Origin: a virus
Direction: 5' to 3' (one strand)
DNA: 52,509 nt
IMG/VR virus record: IMGVR_UViG_3300020131_000001
Span: 1 to 52,509 of that record
Positions 9,396 to 17,617 of this stretch are shown piece after piece; position 1 is the stretch's first letter, and the number at the start of each line of letters is the position of its first letter. The notes under the pieces are model-generated. The model had not been told where the DNA came from. It was given only the letters and a program-made list of their open reading frames with translations, and did not search any database. The position numbers and the translations under genes are program-made.

Positions 9396-9779
9396 TTACC
9401 CTACCTTCTGTTTTTGAGCATGGAGAGCAGCACGGCAGGCATCCCGCCATGAAAGAACACGGCGAACCTTTTTGACTAGCGGATTCGTGCCGAGTTCATA
9501 AAGCGTCACCCATTCGGCATCTGCCCTGTCTTTCCCGCCCGGATTCTGCGGATAGGGGATATGAACTATGCCGCCCATGTTGGCGTCGTTTGATTCAATA
9601 TCAGGCAGGCCGTAGATATAGCCGTAGTCTGTGACGCCCTCTAGTTCGCCTTGCCATTCGATAGCTACAGTATCGCCGTAGTGGACATCATCAAGCTTTG
9701 AATAGTCGGGGTCTTCCCCATCGGCCATACCGCACTGCTTATCTAAATTCTCTCGTATTCGCTTTTCATTGCTGCTCAT
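9396..9779 (-). CDS. Hypothetical protein.
   Basis: Start trimmed to ATG 9779 (MSSNEKR), which has an AGGAGA RBS. Confidence 0.55.
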   Translation of the reverse strand: MSSNEKRIRENLDKQCGMADGEDPDYSKLDDVHYGDTVAIEWQGELEGVTDYGYIYGLPDIESNDANMGGIVHIPYPQNPGGKDRADAEWVTLYELGTNPLVKKVRRVLSWRDACRAALHAQKQKVG

Positions 9780-9811
9780 TTTGGTTCTCCTGTATGGTGG
9801 AACGGGGGCGG

Positions 9812-10351
9812 CTAAACAGGCTCGGCACGCAAAGGTAAATGCTTCCACCATTGGACGCCCGCTTCTGGCACTGATGTATATCCCCAGAATGTCTCGTTTT
9901 CTAAATCTGGGACGGCAGGGACAAGGTTGCCGATTTGGTCAGTCATGCCCATATAGGTTTCGTGTCTCCCGTCCTCATTGACTGTTATCTCCTTGCATTG
10001 GTCTTTGATGGCGCAGTCAACACAGAGCAGTTCAATATGCTCTAGGAAAGTATTCCACTGACGCCAGAGTTTGACCCCTTTAGCCTCACATTTAGCGCAG
10101 CCATACCGTTCCGGTGTTTGTAGGTTCGTATAGGTGAAAGGCGCGGGCTTTACGTTCTCAAGGCATCTAATTTCGCCCGTTACCACCGGTTCAAGCGGCA
10201 CGCCTTCAAATTCCACAGGCAGTTCTACGCTTTCATTTAGAACGTAGATGCGGATTCGGTTGTCACCTATGCCGAAGCCTGCAATGCCTTTGACATCCTT
10301 GAAAGCCTCTTTAACTCGCTTCTTGATTTCCTTTAGCTGCTCAATATTCAT
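9812..10351 (-). CDS. Hypothetical Cys-rich protein.
   Basis: Start trimmed to ATG 10351 (MNIEQLKE), which has a GGAGGA RBS. The C-terminal half has CAKCE...CVDC pairs. Confidence 0.6.
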   Translation of the reverse strand: MNIEQLKEIKKRVKEAFKDVKGIAGFGIGDNRIRIYVLNESVELPVEFEGVPLEPVVTGEIRCLENVKPAPFTYTNLQTPERYGCAKCEAKGVKLWRQWNTFLEHIELLCVDCAIKDQCKEITVNEDGRHETYMGMTDQIGNLVPAVPDLENETFWGYTSVPEAGVQWWKHLPLRAEPV

Positions 10352-10557
10352 TTTTTGTTGTCCTCCTATATAAAGGGGGAAACCGTGTGTCAGTGGTGCG
10401 TCAACTGGTTCGCACACGGTCAAAGACGGAGCCTGAGATGAGGCTTGAAATGCTGGGAAATCACCCCACCCCAGACCCCTTCAAACACGGCCAAACGACC
10501 CCCGGTTAAATCAAGGTTAACAAGCGGAAAAATCGAAAGGCTATAATTATCAACAAC

Positions 10558-11757
10558 TTACATTACCCGTTCGGCCTCTTCGTGTGTCAGCGTTGCGTCA
10601 GACGCCTTAAAAAGCAGGCTCTCAAAGCTGTCCGAGAGGCTTTCTTTCATCTGAGGCAGCACCTTCGTGTAGACCTTCTTTGTAAAGTTCACGTCCGAGT
10701 GTCCCATCTGAGCAGAGACGGCCTTGTCCAGTTCCCCGGCCAGTAGAGACAGCGTGGCGAAGCTGTAGCGCATGGTATAAGGGGTAAACTCCGGCGGCAG
10801 CCCCGCCTTCTTGACGAGCTTGAGAAAGCCGCTCCTGAGCCGTCCCGTGGTGTTCAGGGGCCGTCCGTCCGACGAAGGGAATACAAGGCCGAAATCCTGC
10901 CACCTGTTTCCCATCAACTTCCGGCGCTCGTCCACCTTCTGAAAGTGCCGAAGGAGGTCATAATAGATATGCGCCGGAAATCTAGCGTCCCGCTTGCTGT
11001 TCTCAGTCTTAGGGTCGAGCAGCTTCCACTTGCCTTCAACGAGTAGAGCTACTTTCCTGATGCGGGCTATCCCCCTGCCGTTCTCGAAAGATATATCCTC
11101 TCGTCTGAGTCCTGATAATTCTTCGGGCCGCAGGCCAGTGACAAGCCCGAAGATGTAAATCAAATCTTCAGGGTCTTGAGTAGCGGCCTGTAAAAACTGA
11201 ATAGCTTGAGGCACGTTGAAAGCCTTGCCCTCGCGCGGAGGGTTCAACGATTTCAGGTGTTTGATGCCTGTGGCCGGATTCTCCTTGATGTACTTGAGAG
11301 TGACGGCATCCTTCATGCCCATGTGCCACACGGCCCTTGCCAGTTTCATCGTTGCTGTAGACTTCCCCCTGTCCCACAGCCACGCCGCAAAATCACGGGT
11401 ATGCTTCGGGGTCAAATCCGAGAGCTTAAACGCTCCGAGATACGGCGCTATGTACAGGTCAATCATATCCTGATAGGTGCCGTAGGTTGTCGGCCTCACC
11501 CCTTCCCGTCTTTTCTGCGGCAGCCATTCCTTCTCGAAATAGTCCTTGACGAGCATCTGCGAGGCTTCAAAGAACGTCCCGCCGTCAACTTCCGCTAGCA
11601 GAGCGATGCACCGTTTCTCGGCTTTCAGTGGTGTAGTGTCAAAGAGCGTTTCGTTGTGGTAGTGCTTCTTACCTTGTCCGTCCCGGCCGGTGAAGATTCG
11701 GATGCGGAACTTCCCGCCGCCGAGGTCTTTCACCTGGCCCCTGCGTCTCTTAGGCAT
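10558..11757 (-). CDS. int: Tyrosine site-specific integrase.
   Basis: N-terminal SAM-like core-binding region plus a catalytic domain (TGLRPEEL, MRYSFATL, GHSDVNFTKKVYTKV). Start trimmed to ATG 11757, which has a GGAGGAGAG RBS. Confidence 0.85.
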   Translation of the reverse strand: MPKRRRGQVKDLGGGKFRIRIFTGRDGQGKKHYHNETLFDTTPLKAEKRCIALLAEVDGGTFFEASQMLVKDYFEKEWLPQKRREGVRPTTYGTYQDMIDLYIAPYLGAFKLSDLTPKHTRDFAAWLWDRGKSTATMKLARAVWHMGMKDAVTLKYIKENPATGIKHLKSLNPPREGKAFNVPQAIQFLQAATQDPEDLIYIFGLVTGLRPEELSGLRREDISFENGRGIARIRKVALLVEGKWKLLDPKTENSKRDARFPAHIYYDLLRHFQKVDERRKLMGNRWQDFGLVFPSSDGRPLNTTGRLRSGFLKLVKKAGLPPEFTPYTMRYSFATLSLLAGELDKAVSAQMGHSDVNFTKKVYTKVLPQMKESLSDSFESLLFKASDATLTHEEAERVM

Positions 11758-11797
11758 AGCCTCTCCTCCTTTATTGGATTTAAGGCTGGACAATTTA

Positions 11798-12061
11798 TCA
11801 CGCCGCATTTTCTAATTCACCCTTTTTATAGGCATCTATATCCCTGCGCCGGATTCTTAAAGTTTTGGAGCTGGGGCGATAAGAGGGTAGTTTGCCCTCC
11901 CTACACATCTCGTAGACGCGCCACTTCTTGACGCCTAAGAGTTTAGCCGCTTCATCAGCGCTGACACCTTCGTCCGAGAGGTCAAGCATCTCACGGACTT
12001 TCTGCTCAACCATCGGCTCGACAATTCGTTTTAACTGTTCGTCTGGTATGACTAATTCCAT
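11798..12061 (-). CDS. xis: Excisionase-family helix-turn-helix DNA-binding protein.
   Basis: VSADEAAKLLGVKKWRVYEMCREGKLPSYR...RIRRRDIDAY is typical of MerR-like excisionase HTH proteins. It lies directly upstream of int. Confidence 0.7.
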   Translation of the reverse strand: MELVIPDEQLKRIVEPMVEQKVREMLDLSDEGVSADEAAKLLGVKKWRVYEMCREGKLPSYRPSSKTLRIRRRDIDAYKKGELENAA

Positions 12062-12130
12062 TTGTTCCCCCGGTAACAGAAAACCTAGATGATGAAAAAG
12101 ATAAAAAGGATTAGATTTATACGATAAACA

Positions 12131-12388
12131 TCACGGGCGGCCAGGGTCTCCGCGTCCCGTGCCGGGCTCTTGAACGAGTCCGTACAAATCGCCACTAGCA
12201 TAAGAGGCAATTTTCTTAATCAAGTCTGGGCGACGATTGAAGAGATTAAAGGCCACGCGACCATCAACACGAATTGAGCGACTAGAAGGCAGGACAATAA
12301 AAGCTCGCTTGCCTTGCTTCCAAAGCTCCGCGCCCTGCCCCATCAAGGTTATGACCGAACCTAAGCTTTTGATTGAATGTGAAGCCAT
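12131..12388 (-). CDS. Hypothetical protein.
   Basis: AAGGT RBS; co-directional with neighbours. Confidence 0.45.
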   Translation of the reverse strand: MASHSIKSLGSVITLMGQGAELWKQGKRAFIVLPSSRSIRVDGRVAFNLFNRRPDLIKKIASYASGDLYGLVQEPGTGRGDPGRP

Positions 12389-12441
12389 ATCATTTACCTT
12401 TCCGCTCTTTGTTCTCCCCCATACATTTAGTGCTTATGTAG

Positions 12442-12621
12442 TCAGCGCAAAACAGGCGGCCAAGCTTTTGGCACCATAATCCTATACTCATAGTGCCGAA
12501 GTAGACGCAGGCAAGTTAGACAGGTAATGAGTGCCCCTCTGGTGGTTGTGAACTCGCCTGACTTAGCACCGCACAGAAAACCTATCTTCCAAGTCGGTTG
12601 ATGATGTACTTTTCTCTTCAT
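12442..12621 (-). CDS. Small 59-aa hypothetical protein (below the ORF-track cut-off).
   Basis: My translation: MKRKVHHQPTWKIGFLCGAKSGEFTTTRGALITCLTCLRLLRHYEY... AAGGAGAG RBS. It fills a gap that otherwise has no gene. Confidence 0.4.
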   Translation of the reverse strand: MKRKVHHQPTWKIGFLCGAKSGEFTTTRGALITCLTCLRLLRHYEYRIMVPKAWPPVLR

Positions 12622-12668
12622 AATCTCTCTCCTTACTTCTGCTCTGGTGATTACCCGCCAACACGGAC

Positions 12669-13313
12669 TTATGCTGCTTTTTCAAAACAAGCCTGCATAA
12701 TCTGACTGCCTAAAAACTCAGTAAAAGCGGGTGGTATCGCTTCCTTCAATTCGTCGGCAATCATCCAATCAATCCCATAAGCTAAGGGGGCGTTCTTTAC
12801 TGACTTATAGTTACCCTTCTCGCGTATCGCTCTGCTGTTAGCCCCAGCGGTCGTAACCAACAAGGGCTTGAAGTCGTGCCTACATGGGGGAGTCAGCAAA
12901 GAGATAAATGGATAGACCTCGAAATAACGATGCCTAAAAGTTTGCAATCCAAACATTGAGCCGCAGAGTTTTATGGGATTGATAAGATGGCGCCGATTGT
13001 TCTCGACGTTCTCAATAATGTAAGGCTTGCCGGCGGCCTGTAATCTTTCGCGTATGGCCGGGATTAAGTTCTGATGATTGGCCCTATGCGACTTAGGCGT
13101 AACAATACTCCCGAACTGACAGGGCGGTGATGTGAAATACAAATCATACCCGTCTATGTCTGCGGTGAGGGCGTCGCCTAAGATGAATGGATAGGGATAC
13201 CGAGGCTGCGGGCGAATATCCAAGCCTGTGACATCAAACCCGGCCAAAGCAAGGCCACGACTGGCGCCGCCAGCGCAGCAACAAATATCCAGAGCTTTCG
13301 GCTTATTGTCCAT
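12669..13313 (-). CDS. DNA (cytosine-5) methyltransferase, compact.
   Basis: Motif I DICCCAGGASRG, motif IV SPPCQ, motif VI IIENVEN, motif VIII QTFRHRYF, motif X-like AIPPAF. The start may instead be the upstream ATG at 13388. Confidence 0.8.
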   Translation of the reverse strand: MDNKPKALDICCCAGGASRGLALAGFDVTGLDIRPQPRYPYPFILGDALTADIDGYDLYFTSPPCQFGSIVTPKSHRANHQNLIPAIRERLQAAGKPYIIENVENNRRHLINPIKLCGSMFGLQTFRHRYFEVYPFISLLTPPCRHDFKPLLVTTAGANSRAIREKGNYKSVKNAPLAYGIDWMIADELKEAIPPAFTEFLGSQIMQACFEKAA

Positions 13314-13432
13314 AATCTTCCGCCCGGTGATTACCCGCTGCTGTGGGGAATTAAGATTTAGAGCTAGACGCCTGCCCGTGGTTATCATGGTCGCAGCTGC
13401 TCGCTAATCGCTTGGCATCCTGAGAGCCTGCG

Positions 13433-13975
13433 TCACTCATTCACCGCGAACAGGGAAGATGGTTGATAGACTCTTCTCCCCTTGAACTGCTCCCAAGCCG
13501 ATGTGACCGCCCCTGAACCTGGAAACATATCTATCAGTTCATCCTCTTGCCGCATGTTCAGGATTTCAAATAACCAATCACAGAACTCTTTGGGCTTCGC
13601 TCCGGCCAAGCCTTTTCTGAGTGTGATATTGGCTTTCACAGCTGGCACTTCTATCCAATCTCTAACCGTAGCCTGCTCACGAGTTCTCTTCCTCGAGCTG
13701 TAGAAAATCACAGGCTCAAAGGCATACGCAGGGTTGACGCCGGGCTTAAAAGAGCAGAAAGGCTTAAACCACATGCCTAAACGCACGGGTTTAGTAAACA
13801 GAGAGATAAGCCAAGCCAACTCCTGGGCGTTGGATTTACAGCTGAGCGCGAAGCCGTCAAATCCCTCGAGCTCGAGAATCAGGGCCGTATGGTCAACTTC
13901 GGCGCACCGTTCGTCATGTGAATAGTGCTTCTTTGCCTGACCGATATAGGGAGGGTCTGCGTAGGCAAATCTCAT
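13433..13975 (-). CDS. DNA N6-adenine/N4-cytosine methyltransferase (DPPY class).
   Basis: N-terminal FAYADPPY catalytic motif and C-terminal DMFPGSGAVT AdoMet motif (beta-class order). Confidence 0.75.
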   Translation of the reverse strand: MRFAYADPPYIGQAKKHYSHDERCAEVDHTALILELEGFDGFALSCKSNAQELAWLISLFTKPVRLGMWFKPFCSFKPGVNPAYAFEPVIFYSSRKRTREQATVRDWIEVPAVKANITLRKGLAGAKPKEFCDWLFEILNMRQEDELIDMFPGSGAVTSAWEQFKGRRVYQPSSLFAVNE

Positions 13976-13978
13976 AAC

Positions 13979-14140
13979 TTAATCTTCGTCATCGGGAATA
14001 CAATCGTTGCAGTATTCGCGCTGGATGTGTTTGCAATCCAGCTTGCAGCAATCGAAACGTTGTTCACAATCGGGGCATTGATGTACATGCCTTCTATATT
14101 CAGGTGGTGCGAATACCTCCAAAGCGCCCATTCCACTCAT
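13979..14140 (-). CDS. Small Cys-rich protein.
   Basis: Start trimmed to ATG 14140 (MSGMGALEV..CPDCEQRFDCCKLDCKH..CNDC). This removes the overlap with the next ORF. Confidence 0.45.
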   Translation of the reverse strand: MSGMGALEVFAPPEYRRHVHQCPDCEQRFDCCKLDCKHIQREYCNDCIPDDED

Positions 14141-14178
14141 AAGCTCTAGCCCTTTCTCTAAATTCCGTTTCTCTCCCG

Positions 14179-14400
14179 CTATAAAGAGCGGGCCACGGAA
14201 CCCGACTTGGTTTCGGTTAATTCCTCGACACACATGGGGCCGATTCCGCCGACGGGGTAGTAGCCCTGCCTGCCACAGTTCAGGCACCCAATCACCGACC
14301 GTTCCTCTTCGTGCCGGATAACCTTCATGATGCCCTGCCGTGACTTCTCACAGTCTTCATGCCAGAAGCAGCGGCCGTACAGTTGGTAATTGATTTTCAT
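14179..14400 (-). CDS. Small Cys-rich protein.
   Basis: Strong AGGAGGGG RBS; CFWHEDC...CLNCG motifs. Confidence 0.55.
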   Translation of the reverse strand: MKINYQLYGRCFWHEDCEKSRQGIMKVIRHEEERSVIGCLNCGRQGYYPVGGIGPMCVEELTETKSGSVARSL

Positions 14401-14466
14401 TTGACCCCTCCTTAGTCCCGGTAGCCGAGCGGCCCCCGAAACCTAAAAGCACCATTAAGAAATCAC

Positions 14467-14967
14467 TCAACATCGCTTTCGGGAACACTCAGCACATTGG
14501 CAAGGGTCACGGTAGCTCACATCCCCGTGCTTATGCGGTGTTGGCAGGGTAGCGCCCTTTTTATGTTGGCGGCAGCCAGTAACATAACTCCCGTAACCAC
14601 TCACCACCATGATAGAGCCTTTACCGCAATGCTTTCGTGGAACGGCTTTCGTGCAGCCTTCGCAGTCACAGTAACTACATTGGCCGACGTACCCATATTC
14701 AGGGTCGGCCTCTCTGCACTTCTGGCAAATAGGTTTTTCAATGCTATAGACGCCAGCCCAAAAGGTCTGCGAACTGTGGTTTAAATGATTGTCTTGCTCG
14801 GCAAGGGTGAACTCCACGCCACACTCTTCACAATTCTTGTACAGAGTGACACGCCCGTTGCTATGCTCGTACATCATGTGCTCGGCGCGTAGCAGGCGAG
14901 AGCTTTTAAGGCTGCTTCTGTCGTACTTACATTCCGGCGCAGGCTCAGGCGGCCTGTATCTACACAT
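14467..14967 (-). CDS. Cys-rich protein (multiple CxxC zinc-ribbon-like pairs).
   Basis: Start trimmed to ATG 14967, which has a GGGAGGAAG RBS. Contains CEECG, CQKC, CSYCDCEGC and CQCAEC. Confidence 0.55.
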   Translation of the reverse strand: MCRYRPPEPAPECKYDRSSLKSSRLLRAEHMMYEHSNGRVTLYKNCEECGVEFTLAEQDNHLNHSSQTFWAGVYSIEKPICQKCREADPEYGYVGQCSYCDCEGCTKAVPRKHCGKGSIMVVSGYGSYVTGCRQHKKGATLPTPHKHGDVSYRDPCQCAECSRKRC

Positions 14968-15460
14968 CAGAAGCTTCCTCCCTGTTACTAGAAAGACGGC
15001 CAATCTGAGGCCAACGGGGGTGGCCCGCTGCAATCAACCTCGCTCTCTTACACCTAGCCTTCTCCATCAAGCGAGCGGCGTTCTCGCGCTCCACCGGGTC
15101 GGGCGAATACACGCCCCACAAAAGAAAGTTAAAGTGGGTGCTGTGCTCAATAGCCGCCTCTAGTGGGCCGAGCATATAGAGGCGAAAGCCTAAGTAGTGC
15201 AGGCCAAAAGCGCCGAGTAAATGCGTTGCGGGAGCGAAGAAAAAATCCACCCAAAACACACTCTTATCGTGGTCGTAATCAATCTGCTCTCGCCTAATCT
15301 TCCTGCGCGCACGGGCGGGCAAGGTGCGGTAGTGCCACCACTCGCACAGTCGCCACAGGCCCACGTAAGACAAGACGGCCGCAACGGGGTGTCCCAAAAG
15401 CATGTGCGGTAACATCTGCCAAAGCATCAGAGTTCGTAGTTGTTTCCTTGTAAAACGCAT
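14960..15460 (-). CDS. Hypothetical membrane protein.
   Basis: GGAGAAGGAGAA RBS; hydrophobic segments (HPVAAVLSYVGLW, FFFAPATHLLGAFGL). Confidence 0.55.
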   Translation of the reverse strand: MRFTRKQLRTLMLWQMLPHMLLGHPVAAVLSYVGLWRLCEWWHYRTLPARARRKIRREQIDYDHDKSVFWVDFFFAPATHLLGAFGLHYLGFRLYMLGPLEAAIEHSTHFNFLLWGVYSPDPVERENAARLMEKARCKRARLIAAGHPRWPQIGRLSSNREEASDV

Positions 15461-15510
15461 AATCCATTTTCTCCTTCTCCGGTAGCCGTCACGCGCTCAG
15501 ACAGCGGCAA

Positions 15511-15729
15511 CTAATTGCAATAAGGACAGACCGCATATCTTGAAAACCTCTGGCACGTCTCACAGTAATGTTCGCCTTCAAGTTGATATGCAGGACTGAC
15601 CGTCACTGCTGGCCTACTAATCAAGATTCTGAATCTCAACCGTGCGAATCTCATAGCTATACGCTCAAGCACTTCGGGCCTGATTAGCCGTCTGTCGTGC
15701 TGGGGGTTGTCGGACAAAAGGACTGGCAT
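15511..15729 (-). CDS. Small zinc-ribbon protein.
   Basis: AGGAG RBS; CETCQ...CPYCN at the C-terminus. Confidence 0.5.
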   Translation of the reverse strand: MPVLLSDNPQHDRRLIRPEVLERIAMRFARLRFRILISRPAVTVSPAYQLEGEHYCETCQRFSRYAVCPYCN

Positions 15730-15740
15730 TGATTTACTCC

Positions 15741-16277
15741 TTACAATCTGCTGACTAATTCGCCTGTGTTGATGTTGAACTGGAGCCCGTGGCCGGGACA
15801 GGTAACTTTGCTGTCTTTAACTGGGATACCGTTAAGGGGCATACCGCGATGTGGACAGCGTAAACAGGAAAGCTTTTGCTTGCTATAAGCCTTCTCAAGT
15901 TCCTCAAACCACGGTGCAGGCAAGAGACTTATAATCATGGGAAAGTCGGACATAGACCTTCGGCACTTCACCTTGCGCTCTACAGGTGTGCGGTGCTGTA
16001 AGCGAGACGCAAACAGAATCTTCGTCATGGATAGCTGCTCAGGCGAACAGCTCACGGCAATGCGGGCGTATCTTTCTAGATAAGTCGTAATCTCGTGGTC
16101 ACTCAGGAAGCGTAAGTCTTGGTGAAAGTGGCGCTGTGGTACGTTGATGTAATCGGCGTCGTCATGCTCTGGGCCGATAATGGGAATCCATCGGCCATGG
16201 GCATACTTAACGCACGGCACCAGATAGAACTTACCTACAATCGGCTCATGCTCTAATTCTGATACTCTTTGAATCAC
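15741..16277 (-). CDS. Rieske [2Fe-2S] domain protein.
   Basis: The C-terminal CPH-x16-CPGH matches the Rieske ligand pattern C-x-H-x(15-17)-C-x-x-H. GTG start with a GGAGGAAGAG RBS. Confidence 0.65.
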   Translation of the reverse strand: MIQRVSELEHEPIVGKFYLVPCVKYAHGRWIPIIGPEHDDADYINVPQRHFHQDLRFLSDHEITTYLERYARIAVSCSPEQLSMTKILFASRLQHRTPVERKVKCRRSMSDFPMIISLLPAPWFEELEKAYSKQKLSCLRCPHRGMPLNGIPVKDSKVTCPGHGLQFNINTGELVSRL

Positions 16278-16319
16278 CGCTCTCTTCCTCCGGTAGTCAT
16301 GCCCCCAACGAAACGGGAG

Positions 16320-16595
16320 TTACATGCTTCTTTCGTAAACATGCCAGATGAGTTGCCCGCCGTTGGTTTGGACTGTGCCGATATACTTACGCTCTATTCC
16401 CATATCCACATGAATCGGATGCCCCGTGCCAAAGATTTCAATAGAGCGATACTCAAGCCCTACCGTGCTATCTACTTCGGCCCACAGGCAGGGCGTCTCA
16501 CCTTGCATCTGAGCGCAGAGAATCTTGGCTCCCTTCGGCATTCTTACGTCTTGATTGTCGGTAATCTTAATCGGGTATTTGTAGATGGTTTTCAT
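16320..16595 (-). CDS. Hypothetical protein; paralogue of 23401-23673.
   Basis: IYKYPI..MPKGAKILCAQMQGETPCLWAEVD...GTGHPI...GGQLIWHVYE aligns along its length with the + strand ORF. ATGA overlap with the upstream gene. Confidence 0.65.
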   Translation of the reverse strand: MKTIYKYPIKITDNQDVRMPKGAKILCAQMQGETPCLWAEVDSTVGLEYRSIEIFGTGHPIHVDMGIERKYIGTVQTNGGQLIWHVYERSM

Positions 16596-16984
16596 GCTGC
16601 TTCCGTCCTTAAATCATCCCGCCTTGCCATGATTGCCCTTATCTCTTCTGCCATCTTTTCTTCGCCCAACTTTTCCAGGTTCCAGTGGCAATTCCAGCAA
16701 AGACAGGCGCTTTCCTTCATGTTAAGTTCCCGCTCGGCACTCTCCCATTTACCCATATGCCGACGCTTCCTTGTGTGCGCGAATGAGAGATAGTTGTCAT
16801 AGGTGCAGCCGTCTAATCTTGCTTCGCAGGTAACAATACTGAGATTCAATAATTCCTGTTTCTTCTCACGGCAGACCTTTTGATTCTCTCGCCCTCTCTT
16901 ACCAATAGGATTCAAAGACTTGCGCTGTCTCCTAATGTGGACACGCTTCAACTCCTGTTTACGCTTGATGTAGCTGCGCTTCAT
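16592..16984 (-). CDS. Zinc-binding putative nuclease (YbcO/DUF1364-like or NinG-like).
   Basis: CEARLDGC...SFAHTRKRR...CLCWNCH pattern. ATGA overlaps with both neighbouring genes. Confidence 0.4.
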   Translation of the reverse strand: MKRSYIKRKQELKRVHIRRQRKSLNPIGKRGRENQKVCREKKQELLNLSIVTCEARLDGCTYDNYLSFAHTRKRRHMGKWESAERELNMKESACLCWNCHWNLEKLGEEKMAEEIRAIMARRDDLRTEAA

Positions 16985-17175
16985 TGGGCTACAACATATT
17001 CCTGAACGAGTTGAAGCGCTTCGTCATAGCTTGCACAGTCCCAAATCTTTTCAGACAACTCTTTAGCAAGGTCTTGATGCCCGGCGTGTCTTAGTGCCTT
17101 TGTCGTCCTGCCTAAAATCGAAAAGACGTTTCCATCTTCGCCGCTCAGTTGAACCGTTACGTCTGTTTTAGCCAC
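16981..17175 (-). CDS. Hypothetical protein.
   Basis: Co-directional and translationally coupled to the downstream gene. Confidence 0.5.
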   Translation of the reverse strand: MAKTDVTVQLSGEDGNVFSILGRTTKALRHAGHQDLAKELSEKIWDCASYDEALQLVQEYVVAQ

Positions 17176-17227
17176 CTTCTTATCTCCTTTTGGATTTGTT
17201 ATTGGAACGGAGCATCACAAACAGCCT

Positions 17228-17617
17228 TTACTGATTAGGCGGTTGGAAGCTAAAGGCGTTAGCTTGCAGTTCAATGCTAGCTCGTGCGCCACAGTCGCAC
17301 CTGAAACCGATGGAGCACATGCTGATGCTGCCGCAACTTGCGCCCCCATTAGAGTGTGTTTCCATAACCTTTTCGCAATAAGGGCAAGTAAGACGGAGAT
17401 AGCGCTTAGCAATGCGGGAAATGATGTTTGACTCAGAGTGAAAATCAAAACCGTCTTGCCCCATTTTTATCAGCGCATCAATAGCGCGTTCCCTATAGTC
17501 AGTATCATGGTCTCTTTTATAGAACTCGTTTGAGACGATAAGTTCTGTGTGGTCTATCTCGGCCGCATTTAGAGCTTCGGGCAGTAGTCCGAGTTCGTTA
17601 ACGTCGCTTAGTTTCAT
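17228..17617 (-). CDS. Hypothetical protein with a CxxC motif.
   Basis: AAGGAGAGAG RBS; CPYCEK...CDCG. Confidence 0.55.
   Translation of the reverse strand: MKLSDVNELGLLPEALNAAEIDHTELIVSNEFYKRDHDTDYRERAIDALIKMGQDGFDFHSESNIISRIAKRYLRLTCPYCEKVMETHSNGGASCGSISMCSIGFRCDCGARASIELQANAFSFQPPNQ

Noticed and set aside
10622-11931. ORFs on both strands overlapping int (10622-10903, 11168-11383, 11206-11598, 11216-11473, 11656-11931).
   Set aside because: They sit in alternative frames of a well-supported integrase gene, and their Arg/Pro/Gly-rich translations are typical of off-frame reading.
12237-12479. 80-aa plus-strand ORF.
   Set aside because: It is antisense to 12131-12388 and to the small 12442-12621 ORF, has no RBS, and runs against the operon direction.
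14497-15412. Plus-strand ORFs 14497-14784, 14789-15163 and 15221-15412, and the minus-strand ORF 15190-15384.
   Set aside because: They are shadow frames of the minus-strand genes 14467-14967 and 14960-15460, both of which have strong RBSs.
16269-16793. 174-aa plus-strand ORF.
   Set aside because: It is antisense to two coupled minus-strand genes, one of which has a clear paralogue elsewhere. No RBS.
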